The notes below the pieces were generated by a model, which searched no databases, was not told where the DNA came from, and worked only from the letters and a program-made list of their open reading frames with translations. DNA of 34,102 bases. It comes from an uncultured Muribaculaceae bacterium (GTDB lineage Bacteria > Cyanobacteriota > Vampirovibrionia > Gastranaerophilales > Gastranaerophilaceae). Made by a program: the position numbers and the translations under genes. Shown here piece after piece: positions 27,217 through 34,102 of the stretch. Within the stretch, counting starts at the first letter, position 1. Each line of letters begins with the position of its first letter. Location of the stretch: positions 1 through 34,102 of the forward strand of contig CAZOGS010000003.1 of NCBI GenBank assembly GCA_964579375.1. The letters are read 5' to 3'.

Positions 27217-29165
27217 CAGAACAAATCTCCCATACCGAAGGTGAATGCACCTTTGCTGTTGCCTTTGCCGACATTTGTGAGCGGATAACCGTAATCGATA
27301 CTAAGCGGGCCTACACCGGGGACAAATACTTTGATACCGGCACCGAAGGCTACACCGTAACCGGGTCTGTTATACATTTTGTCGGTAATTGTTGTGTCGA
27401 ATAATTTACCTGCATCGAGGAACAATTCAAATTTAATGTTATCCAAGAATTTCATTTGTTTAACTCTATCCAAGAAGAAGAACGGAGTATTCAACTCGAT
27501 AGAACCCATTACATAGGCATCACCCGTACCGATAGAGCTCATCTTGTAACCTCTTACGGAATAAGGACCGCCGAGTCTGAAAGCCATAACTTCCGGAACA
27601 TCGCCGTGGATTGCTCCGCCTGCACGACCTGTAATGGACAATGAAGACTTAGACATAACGGGGAAGTATTTTTTGATACCTCCTGTTAACATACCGTGAG
27701 TGTCATCTGAGTGGGATAGACCGAAGTTTTCCGTAAATTTAAGATTTGCGACAATCCCGTCACGAGGGTTAACATCTCTGTCACGAGTATCGTAAACCAA
27801 AGACGGAGCTAACGAAATAAACGTACCGCCACGAAGTTGTTTTGCACGTTCTGAAATCGGTATGCCGTGAGCTGCGTATAATGCCGCCATCTTAGAGTAA
27901 TTACCTTCGGAAAGGTCAATATTTTCAATACCTAATTTAAACGAACCCGAAAGGTTTCTGAAGTTTTTAAACTGTCTTGAAGCAACTGCTTCAAAGCCAA
28001 ATCTTTTTTCAACGGCAAGCGGTACTTGATAACTTGCAAAATCTTGCCAGAATGCCTTATACAACATGGATACGTCAGTTCCTCTAAATCTCGGGTCAAA
28101 GAAACTGATGTCACCTTGTAAGTTTGCTCTGTCCAAAGTTGAATCATCTGAGAGCAAAACACCTGTACCGGCGAGGAAGTTCAAAGAAATTCTTTGACCT
28201 CTGCCGAGGAAATTATTTTCAACAAATCCAACTTGCCCGAAGAAACCCGTTGCGGTATCCAAACCTGCACCGAGGCTGACGGTTGCGGTTCTTTGTTCAA
28301 TGAGGTTGATGGTAATGTCGTAATAGTTCGGGTCATCGCATTTTTCGATTGTTCTGTTAACATCTTTAAACGCTTGTGTTCCGTAAAGTCTGATTAAATC
28401 TTCTCTGATTGTATTTTCGTTGTAAATTGTACCGGGGACGGAGAGAATATTTCTGTTTACGACATAATCTTTAGTTTTTTCGTTTCCTTCAAACTTAATG
28501 GTATTGATTATACCTTCAGAAATATGCATATTTACGCAGCCGTCGGGGTCATCCTGTACGCTTTCGACACGGGCAAGGATGTAACCTTTTGAGGAATAAA
28601 GTTGTTCAACTTTTTCAACTGCTTGATTAAGAGTTGCAATATTTTGCGGTTGGTTTTCCAACGGTGCTAACAATTCTGAAATTTCGCCTGCCGAAACAAC
28701 GGAGTTACCTGTGATTGTAAATTCAGTGATGGGGCGATTTTCTTCAAGATAGATTTTTAAGACAACATTGTTATTTTTGTCTTTTACGGGAACGGCACGC
28801 ATACGTTCCGTAAACCAACCCATATTGTATATTTCCGTCAAGCATTTTTGAATTTTTTCGGGAGAATACACATCACCGACTTGCAAGTTCATAGCACTTG
28901 TAATGTCGTTATTTTGGATAATTTTGTTGCCCTCAATTTTGATGGCGGTAATGACCGGAGATTTTTCCTTTTTAGAGGATTTTTGTTTTTGAGGTACGTC
29001 GGATAAGTCCGGAAGGGGTGCTTCCTGAAATGACGAAACACCGCTGTTTTCCGTTGAGGGAACCGGCGGTTCAAAATCAATTGCGGAAGCAGGCATTGCC
29101 TGTCCTGTTATTATCATTGATGTTATTAATATGTATGATTTTAATTTGTTGATAATATTTTTCAT
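27216..29165 (-). CDS. bamA: Omp85/BamA-family outer membrane protein assembly factor (3 POTRA-like repeats)
   Basis: Signal peptide MKNIINKLKSYILITSMIITGQAMPASA, then a Pro/Ser/Lys-rich linker of about 50 aa. Three POTRA-like units follow (ITAIKIEGNK..., ITEFTITGNS..., INTIKFEGNE...), then a beta-barrel ending in an aromatic residue (FTFGMGDLF). Confidence 0.9.
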   Translation of the reverse strand: MKNIINKLKSYILITSMIITGQAMPASAIDFEPPVPSTENSGVSSFQEAPLPDLSDVPQKQKSSKKEKSPVITAIKIEGNKIIQNNDITSAMNLQVGDVYSPEKIQKCLTEIYNMGWFTERMRAVPVKDKNNNVVLKIYLEENRPITEFTITGNSVVSAGEISELLAPLENQPQNIATLNQAVEKVEQLYSSKGYILARVESVQDDPDGCVNMHISEGIINTIKFEGNEKTKDYVVNRNILSVPGTIYNENTIREDLIRLYGTQAFKDVNRTIEKCDDPNYYDITINLIEQRTATVSLGAGLDTATGFFGQVGFVENNFLGRGQRISLNFLAGTGVLLSDDSTLDRANLQGDISFFDPRFRGTDVSMLYKAFWQDFASYQVPLAVEKRFGFEAVASRQFKNFRNLSGSFKLGIENIDLSEGNYSKMAALYAAHGIPISERAKQLRGGTFISLAPSLVYDTRDRDVNPRDGIVANLKFTENFGLSHSDDTHGMLTGGIKKYFPVMSKSSLSITGRAGGAIHGDVPEVMAFRLGGPYSVRGYKMSSIGTGDAYVMGSIELNTPFFFLDRVKQMKFLDNIKFELFLDAGKLFDTTITDKMYNRPGYGVAFGAGIKVFVPGVGPLSIDYGYPLTNVGKGNSKGAFTFGMGDLF

Positions 29166-29323
29166 TAGTCTGTTGTTTTATCCGGACGGATTACATAATA
29201 ATCCTCTTTTATTATAATTCATTTATAAAAAATAGACAAACTTCTTTATATCTTTAATCTTTTGTAATATTTTTTTAGGTTATAATTAAATTCAAAGTAA
29301 GAAATTTATAGAAAAAACACAAA

Positions 29324-30607
29324 ATGGCAACTTTTTTAATAAAGACATTTGGTTGTAAAACCAATCAAACCGAATCGGCAGTAATGGAAGAAAAGCTTTT
29401 GAGGGCGGGCTTTTCGGTTGCTGAAGGGGTTGAAAATTGTGATTATTATGTTTTCAATTCCTGTGCCGTTACTTTGGAAGCGGAAAAGAAGTTGTTGCAG
29501 GCTGTTAAGTCCGTAAAACATAGAAATCCGAATGTTAAGATAATTTTGACGGGGTGTTATGCACAGCTTCATAAAGATGAAGAAAACCCGCTTATAGATA
29601 AGGTTTTCGGGGTTTACGAAAAGCCGGATGTTGTTGATGTTATAAAAAGTAACGAAAAAAAATTTGTTACAGAAATTAATGAACACAGAGATTTTCGTTA
29701 TGAAAAACTTTCAAATTTTAACAGAACGAGGGCTACGATAAAAATCCAAGACGGTTGTAACAATCGATGTTCATATTGCACAATTTGCATAGCGAGGGGT
29801 CTTTCGAGGAGTTGCAGAGAGGAAGATGTTATTGAACAAATAAATGCTCTTACCGATAACGGTTACAATGAGATTGTTTTGACGGGTATTCACGTCGGGC
29901 AATGGGGGCTTGATTTTTCTCCGAAAAAGACCTTGCTTGATTTGTTAAAATTAATTGACAAAACGGATGCAAAAACGGTAAGAATAGGTTCGTTAGATCC
30001 CAATGAACTTACTGATGAATTGATTGATTTTCTTTCGAAATCGGATAAATTTTGTCCGCACTTTCATCTTTCACTGCAATCCTTGTGCGATAAGACTTTA
30101 AAGGGTATGAACAGACATTACGGGTTTGAAAAAATCAAAGATGTTGTTTTGAAATTGAATGAAAAGTTTGAACGGGTTTTTTTAGGTTGCGATATTATTG
30201 TCGGTTTCCCGCAAGAAACTCTCGATGACTTTAATTTGACTCTTGAAAGACTTTCTGAATTACCGCTTTCGCAAATTCATGTTTTTCCTTATTCAATACG
30301 TCCGAAAACGCTTGCGGCGGATATGTCTGGACAAGTTGAACAGAGCGAAAAGCATCGGCGTATGCAGCTTGTGAAATCTTTGTCGGAGAAGAAGCACACA
30401 GACTTTTTGCAAAAAAACGTCGGAGCGGAATATTTTGTAACGGTTGAGAAAAATCCCGACCGCAAAACAGGCTTGTATAAAGCGGTTACGCCTAATTATA
30501 TCAAAGTATTTTTTGAAGGTTCGGCGGAACTAAAAAATAAATTTGTAAAAATCCGTCTTGATAAAGTCGAAAATGAAAGTATTATCGGGCATGTTGTCGA
30601 TGATTAA
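29324..30607 (+). CDS. mtaB: Radical-SAM methylthiotransferase, MtaB-like (ms2t6A37)
   Basis: UPF0004 N-domain cysteines (TFGCKTNQTES, FNSCAVT, TGCYAQ), a radical-SAM CNNRCSYCTIC motif and a C-terminal TRAM-like segment. The 427-aa length and lack of extensions fit MtaB better than MiaB or RimO, but the subfamily call is by eye. Confidence 0.8.
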   Translation: MATFLIKTFGCKTNQTESAVMEEKLLRAGFSVAEGVENCDYYVFNSCAVTLEAEKKLLQAVKSVKHRNPNVKIILTGCYAQLHKDEENPLIDKVFGVYEKPDVVDVIKSNEKKFVTEINEHRDFRYEKLSNFNRTRATIKIQDGCNNRCSYCTICIARGLSRSCREEDVIEQINALTDNGYNEIVLTGIHVGQWGLDFSPKKTLLDLLKLIDKTDAKTVRIGSLDPNELTDELIDFLSKSDKFCPHFHLSLQSLCDKTLKGMNRHYGFEKIKDVVLKLNEKFERVFLGCDIIVGFPQETLDDFNLTLERLSELPLSQIHVFPYSIRPKTLAADMSGQVEQSEKHRRMQLVKSLSEKKHTDFLQKNVGAEYFVTVEKNPDRKTGLYKAVTPNYIKVFFEGSAELKNKFVKIRLDKVENESIIGHVVDD

Positions 30608-30611
30608 TTGA

Positions 30612-31283
30612 TTATACGGATGTGATAATCCAAATGAATTTTCGGCAAAGTTTTGCGAGAAGCATTGCTATAAAGCCGAAAAGTAAGTCGTAGACTGCTC
30701 TTGTAAAGCTTTCAAAGAGTAACCAATCCATTATGTAAGAGAAATTTTCGTGTTTTAAAAGTAAAACTAAAGCCATATAGAAAAATCCTAAAATATGGAT
30801 TAATAAAACTGCTGTCAAAGCGGCTTTGAAGATATTTTTCACCGAGTGATTGCGATACATAATTCCGCCTGCGATTAGAGAAGCGGGAATGAAAGCCAAA
30901 ATGTAGCCGAAATATGGCTGTAAAATGTATTCAAATCCGCCGCCCAAACCGAAAACCGGAATGAGAGTCAGCCCCAAAACGATATAGAAAAATGCCGAAG
31001 TCATTGTGCAAGCCGCACCCAAAAGGGTAACGGAGAAGAGCAAAACAGGAACTTGCGGAATGTAAAAATACGGTTTAAATGCAAACAAAGCGGCTGCATC
31101 TTGGAAAAAATCGGGGTGTAACATTCCCACGAACGGCTGAAGAATATTGATGAGTTTTATACGGGTAAATGTTGCCGTAATGAGCAATACCGTGAAAAAC
31201 GCAACGAGTGACAATATCCCGACGAGTCTGAGCGGGGAATATTGAATGGTTTTTGTTTGTTGCTGATGATTTTCGTTTGTCAT
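30612..31283 (-). CDS. BioY-like membrane protein (divergent ECF S-component fold?)
   Basis: 223 aa with about 6 TM segments. LIPVFGLGGGFEYILQPYFGYILAFIPASLIAGG resembles the BioY core (LPVFxGGxGG...LGPTGGYLxGF). The usual upstream PITLQ-type motif is not obvious. The start overlaps the rimI stop by 4 nt (ATGA). Confidence 0.5.
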   Translation of the reverse strand: MTNENHQQQTKTIQYSPLRLVGILSLVAFFTVLLITATFTRIKLINILQPFVGMLHPDFFQDAAALFAFKPYFYIPQVPVLLFSVTLLGAACTMTSAFFYIVLGLTLIPVFGLGGGFEYILQPYFGYILAFIPASLIAGGIMYRNHSVKNIFKAALTAVLLIHILGFFYMALVLLLKHENFSYIMDWLLFESFTRAVYDLLFGFIAMLLAKLCRKFIWIITSV

Positions 31284-31798
31284 TTTATTTTTCCGTAAAA
31301 TTCTTCTTTGAGTTTGTTGTAATTTGTCTTAAATTTATCATACCAAATGTTTTCGGTAAACATTATTAAGGCATCTTCATTATTATCTTGGTAATATTTT
31401 TTTCTTGTTCCTATTGTTGAAAACCCGAATTTATCATAGAGAGAAATAGCCGCAATGTTACTCTCACGTACTTCTAAAGTGATATATTTTATCATTTTTT
31501 TGTAACATTCATCAATCAAATCGAACATTAAAGTTTTTGCAATACCTTGTCTGCGAAAATCCGAATGGGTGGCGAGGGTTGTAATATGGGCTTCTTCGAG
31601 AATTTGCCAAAATCCGTAAAAGCCTGCCATATCGCCTTTGGGTGTCAAAGCACACCTGTAAGTTGCCAATTTGTTTGAAATTTCATTTTCAAACGACACT
31701 CTCGACCAATGGTGGTTCGGATAAGCTGTTTCTTCAATCTCCATAACCTCGTCAAGGTCAATATTTGCAATATCTTTAATAGAAACTTTTAATATCAT
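31280..31798 (-). CDS. rimI: GNAT acetyltransferase, RimI-like (ribosomal-protein-alanine N-acetyltransferase)
   Basis: 172 aa. Contains HITTLATHSDFRRQGIAKTLMFDLIDE (acetyl-CoA Q/RxxGxA motif) and ITLEVRESNIAAISLYDKFGF, typical of RimI. Confidence 0.8.
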   Translation of the reverse strand: MILKVSIKDIANIDLDEVMEIEETAYPNHHWSRVSFENEISNKLATYRCALTPKGDMAGFYGFWQILEEAHITTLATHSDFRRQGIAKTLMFDLIDECYKKMIKYITLEVRESNIAAISLYDKFGFSTIGTRKKYYQDNNEDALIMFTENIWYDKFKTNYNKLKEEFYGKIK

Positions 31799-31804
31799 AC
31801 AAAC

Positions 31805-31813
31805 ATTTTACCA
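31805..31813 (-). promoter_or_regulatory. Extended -10 element positioned for a leaderless rimI mRNA
   Basis: On the minus strand TGgTAAAAT (31805-31813) is followed by 6 nt (gtttgt) and the ATG at 31798. No SD is present. Confidence 0.45.
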
Positions 31814-31907
31814 CGATTGTTAAAACGGGGCATAACAATACGTTTTTGTTAAAAATTTTACATATTTGAAAAAATACATTATTCTTTTATTAAAAGAGGA
31901 TTTTGTT

Positions 31908-34067
31908 ATGAAAAAGATTATATTGTTTACCGCTTTAATATTGATAGGTTTATCCGCAACAAAGGAAAATGTTCGGGCGAATGAACCGACATCCGCAAAA
32001 CCTGCGGAGGAAACCGCTTTTGAAAGACAAGAAATTGCAAAAATGAGAGCGGATGAGGCGATAAAAAACGCAAAACAACAAAATTCCGAATATAAAAAAG
32101 CTCAAAAAGCCGCAAAAAAAGAACAGCAAAATCTTAAACGACAAAGAAATGAAGAACGTCTGAAATACGAAAAAGAATTACAGGAAAAACATTCCGAAAA
32201 TGCCAAAATCACGGATAAACAGCAAACGACCGTTTCTGATGAAACAGATACAAAATCCTTAAAAGAAAAGGCTAAAACTACTAAAATAAAAGAGGTTGAC
32301 AAAAATTCCGCAGAGGTTAAGACGGAAGAAAAATTGACTTCAAAAGAACAAAAACCTAAAGAAAAAAAAGAAATAAAGCATAATTTACAACCTCAAGAAC
32401 CTGAATTAACACCCTCAAAAGCCGTAAATACGGATGAAAAGGTGATTGAAAAAACGCCGGCTTCGGAGAAAGTTAAATCCGAAACGAAAAATGTTCAAAA
32501 CGAACCCGTTCTTGAAGAAAAATCTGAAGCCCCCGCAAATTCCGACAAAACGTCTGACGAAACGACGGAACAAACTTCGGAACAAATGTCCGAGCAAGCT
32601 CCCGAGCAAACAATCGAGCAAGTTTCCGAACAAAAAACAGAGCAAGTTTCCGAACAAATTTCCGAGGAAATTAATCAAATAAAAGATGAAGAAGCTCAAG
32701 AAGCATCGGAACAACAAGAGGAGCCTGAAAAACAGCCCGTAGTGAACAAGAAGCCCGAATATGTTCCCGTAGAGAAGAATAAGAAGGAAATTGCTCAATA
32801 TAAGAAACAAATCAAGCAGGCGGGCTTAAAGTTCACTGCGGAAGATTTTGTAAAGCAGGCTGAGAAGAACGACACCGAGATGGTCAGAATTTATCTTATG
32901 GCGGGCATGAAGCCGGATATGGCTTTGAAATCGAACACGACGCCTATGATTTGGGCGAGTTTTAACGGCAATCTTGCGATGGTAAAAAATCTTGCTGAAG
33001 CGGGGGCAAACGTAAACATTGCAAATTCAGACGGTTTTACCCCGTTGCATGCAGCGGTTGAGAGCGAAAAGCCCGAGGTTGTGAAATATTTGCTTCAACG
33101 TGGAGCAAAAGTAAACACGGCAACGACAAAAGATGCGACGACACCCTTGCATACGGCTTGTTATAAGGGAAACAAGGAAATCGCACAAATTTTGATTGTT
33201 GCGGGAGCAAATATTGAAGCAAAGACAATTCATGGTGCTACACCGCTTGTCACTGCTACATTTTACGGCAAGAAGGATGTTGCGGAATGCTTAAAATCGA
33301 ACGGAGCGAAGATAGACATTAATTCAAAAGACGGCGAAGTTCTTGCAAAATCGGCGATAACAGCGAAAAAGACGGAGTCTTATTCTGAGCTTGTTGAAGC
33401 GGGAGCGGACGTAAACATGACTGATTTGAACGGCAAAACGATGTTGCAAACGGCGGTTGAAAAAGGTGATGTTAAGACGACGGAAATGCTGATAAAAGAC
33501 GGGGCGAATGTCAATATCAAGTGTAATTTCAAGGAAAGTTCGGAGGTTACGCCGTTGATGACTTCCGTTATTGTGAAAAATGAAGAAATTACAAAAATGT
33601 TATTAAAAGCGAATGCAAATCTTGATGATAAGGAAAAAAATCTTGGTTTGACGGCACTGCAAATTGCGGTTTTGCAGGGGGATGAAGATACTGCGGCGAC
33701 TTTGATTTTCAACGGAGCGGATATAAATTCAATAACGAATGACGGTTTTTCCACGGCAGACATTGCTCTTGCGAGAAAAGACATTTCGATGCTGAAAAAA
33801 CTTGTTGCAAGCGGAGCTATGTTCGGCAAAAAAACAGGCGGAGTGCTTGTTCAATACGGTTGTTCAATGAGTTTCATTTCCGAAAAAAACATGTATAAAA
33901 TCGATACAAACGATGCTGTCACGGCGGTTTTGGAACTTGAACAAATTCCGAATGAAGACTACATCAAGTATATGGAAAAATCTTATACATTCAGAAAAGA
34001 ACAAGGTTTTGCCCTAAATCAACACGTACTGAAGATTTACAGACTTTTGTTTGAGATAATTGAATAA
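31908..34067 (+). CDS. Exported ankyrin-repeat protein with a K/E-rich and xxEQ-repeat N-terminal region
   Basis: The start is taken at ATG 31908 (AAGAGGA 8 nt upstream) rather than the tracked TTG at 31866. The signal peptide MKKIILFTALILIGLSATKENVRA is followed by about 220 aa of K/E/Q-rich low complexity. About 9-10 ankyrin repeats follow (DGFTPLHAAVESEKPEVVKYLLQRGAKVN, TTPLHTACYKGNKEIAQILIVAGANIE, GKTMLQTAVEKGDVKTTEMLIKDGANVN ...), then a tail of about 80 aa that I cannot assign. Confidence 0.85.
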   Translation: MKKIILFTALILIGLSATKENVRANEPTSAKPAEETAFERQEIAKMRADEAIKNAKQQNSEYKKAQKAAKKEQQNLKRQRNEERLKYEKELQEKHSENAKITDKQQTTVSDETDTKSLKEKAKTTKIKEVDKNSAEVKTEEKLTSKEQKPKEKKEIKHNLQPQEPELTPSKAVNTDEKVIEKTPASEKVKSETKNVQNEPVLEEKSEAPANSDKTSDETTEQTSEQMSEQAPEQTIEQVSEQKTEQVSEQISEEINQIKDEEAQEASEQQEEPEKQPVVNKKPEYVPVEKNKKEIAQYKKQIKQAGLKFTAEDFVKQAEKNDTEMVRIYLMAGMKPDMALKSNTTPMIWASFNGNLAMVKNLAEAGANVNIANSDGFTPLHAAVESEKPEVVKYLLQRGAKVNTATTKDATTPLHTACYKGNKEIAQILIVAGANIEAKTIHGATPLVTATFYGKKDVAECLKSNGAKIDINSKDGEVLAKSAITAKKTESYSELVEAGADVNMTDLNGKTMLQTAVEKGDVKTTEMLIKDGANVNIKCNFKESSEVTPLMTSVIVKNEEITKMLLKANANLDDKEKNLGLTALQIAVLQGDEDTAATLIFNGADINSITNDGFSTADIALARKDISMLKKLVASGAMFGKKTGGVLVQYGCSMSFISEKNMYKIDTNDAVTAVLELEQIPNEDYIKYMEKSYTFRKEQGFALNQHVLKIYRLLFEIIE
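32562..32669 (+). repeat. In-frame 12-nt tandem repeat (9 units) encoding xxEQ
   Basis: The codons read TTEQ TSEQ MSEQ APEQ TIEQ VSEQ KTEQ VSEQ ISEE. The region includes an exact 19-bp direct repeat, gagcaagtttccgaacaaa, at 32616-32634 and 32640-32658. Confidence 0.85.
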
Positions 34068-34102
34068 TGGCGACGAGTGTTTACATTCACATTCCGTTTT
34101 GC
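34067..34102 (+). CDS. hemW: N-terminal fragment of a HemW/HemN-like radical-SAM protein (3' end outside window)
   Basis: The ATG at 34067 shares 1 nt with the preceding TAA (TAATG). The translation MATSVYIHIPFC matches the characteristic (L/V)YIHIPFC start of HemW/HemN-family radical-SAM proteins. Only 12 codons are visible. Confidence 0.5.
   Translation, partial: MATSVYIHIPFC

Noticed and set aside
32102-32810. Antisense and alternate-frame ORFs in the low-complexity part of the ankyrin gene: 32102..32302, 32415..32810 and 32446..32682.
   Set aside because: They are artefacts of the purine-rich K/E/Q repeat sequence, which stays open in several frames. There are no starts with an SD, and the sense frame continues into bona fide ankyrin repeats.
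33380-33829. 149-aa minus-strand ORF inside the ankyrin-repeat region.
   Set aside because: It is antisense to clear ankyrin repeats, with no independent signals.
1-34102. Search for tRNA/rRNA genes, CRISPR repeats, IS or transposon ends, integrase, toxin-antitoxin pairs, or defence-island signatures.
   Set aside because: I saw no T-loop-like GGTTCGAAT-type motifs in intergenic DNA, no regularly spaced direct repeats, and no long terminal inverted repeats. Base composition and SD usage look uniform across the window. All large ORFs are accounted for by housekeeping or envelope families, or by the unassigned proteins reported above.

Overview
AT-rich (roughly one-third G+C by eye), gene-dense chromosomal segment from a diderm bacterium. 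I support 33 protein-coding genes, two of them cut by the window edges. I see no rRNA, tRNA, CRISPR array, transposase, integrase or phage genes. Most of the content is housekeeping or envelope related: rseP, era, pgi, clpB, a FliA-type sigma factor, bamA-tsaE-tsaB, mtaB, rimI, rfbD, a DedA protein, comF, and POT, AGCS and CUT1 transporters. A 3-POTRA Omp85 with a Pro/Ser-rich N-terminus, a pentapeptide-repeat protein and the low G+C weakly suggest a cyanobacteria-related non-photosynthetic lineage (Melainabacteria-like). That is inference only. I did not find a recognisable defence or mobile system. The parts that known families do not explain are: (1) a translationally coupled operon of TPR-GAF-HD-GYP enzyme, exported TPR protein, kinase-less NarL-type response regulator and pentapeptide-repeat protein; (2) a GT2 glycosyltransferase followed by a 791-aa protein made of three tandem methyltransferase-like modules that all lack the glycine-rich SAM loop; (3) a signal-peptide-bearing protein with about 9-10 ankyrin repeats and a 9 x 12-nt xxEQ tandem repeat; (4) five genes with a -10 box 6-9 nt upstream of the ATG and no Shine-Dalgarno sequence, suggesting leaderless mRNAs; (5) bamA chained by 1-nt stop/start overlaps to t6A genes and a membrane zinc-ribbon protein, plus an untracked 43-aa very acidic ORF with a strong SD. 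All functional calls come from by-eye motif recognition, and no database search was possible.
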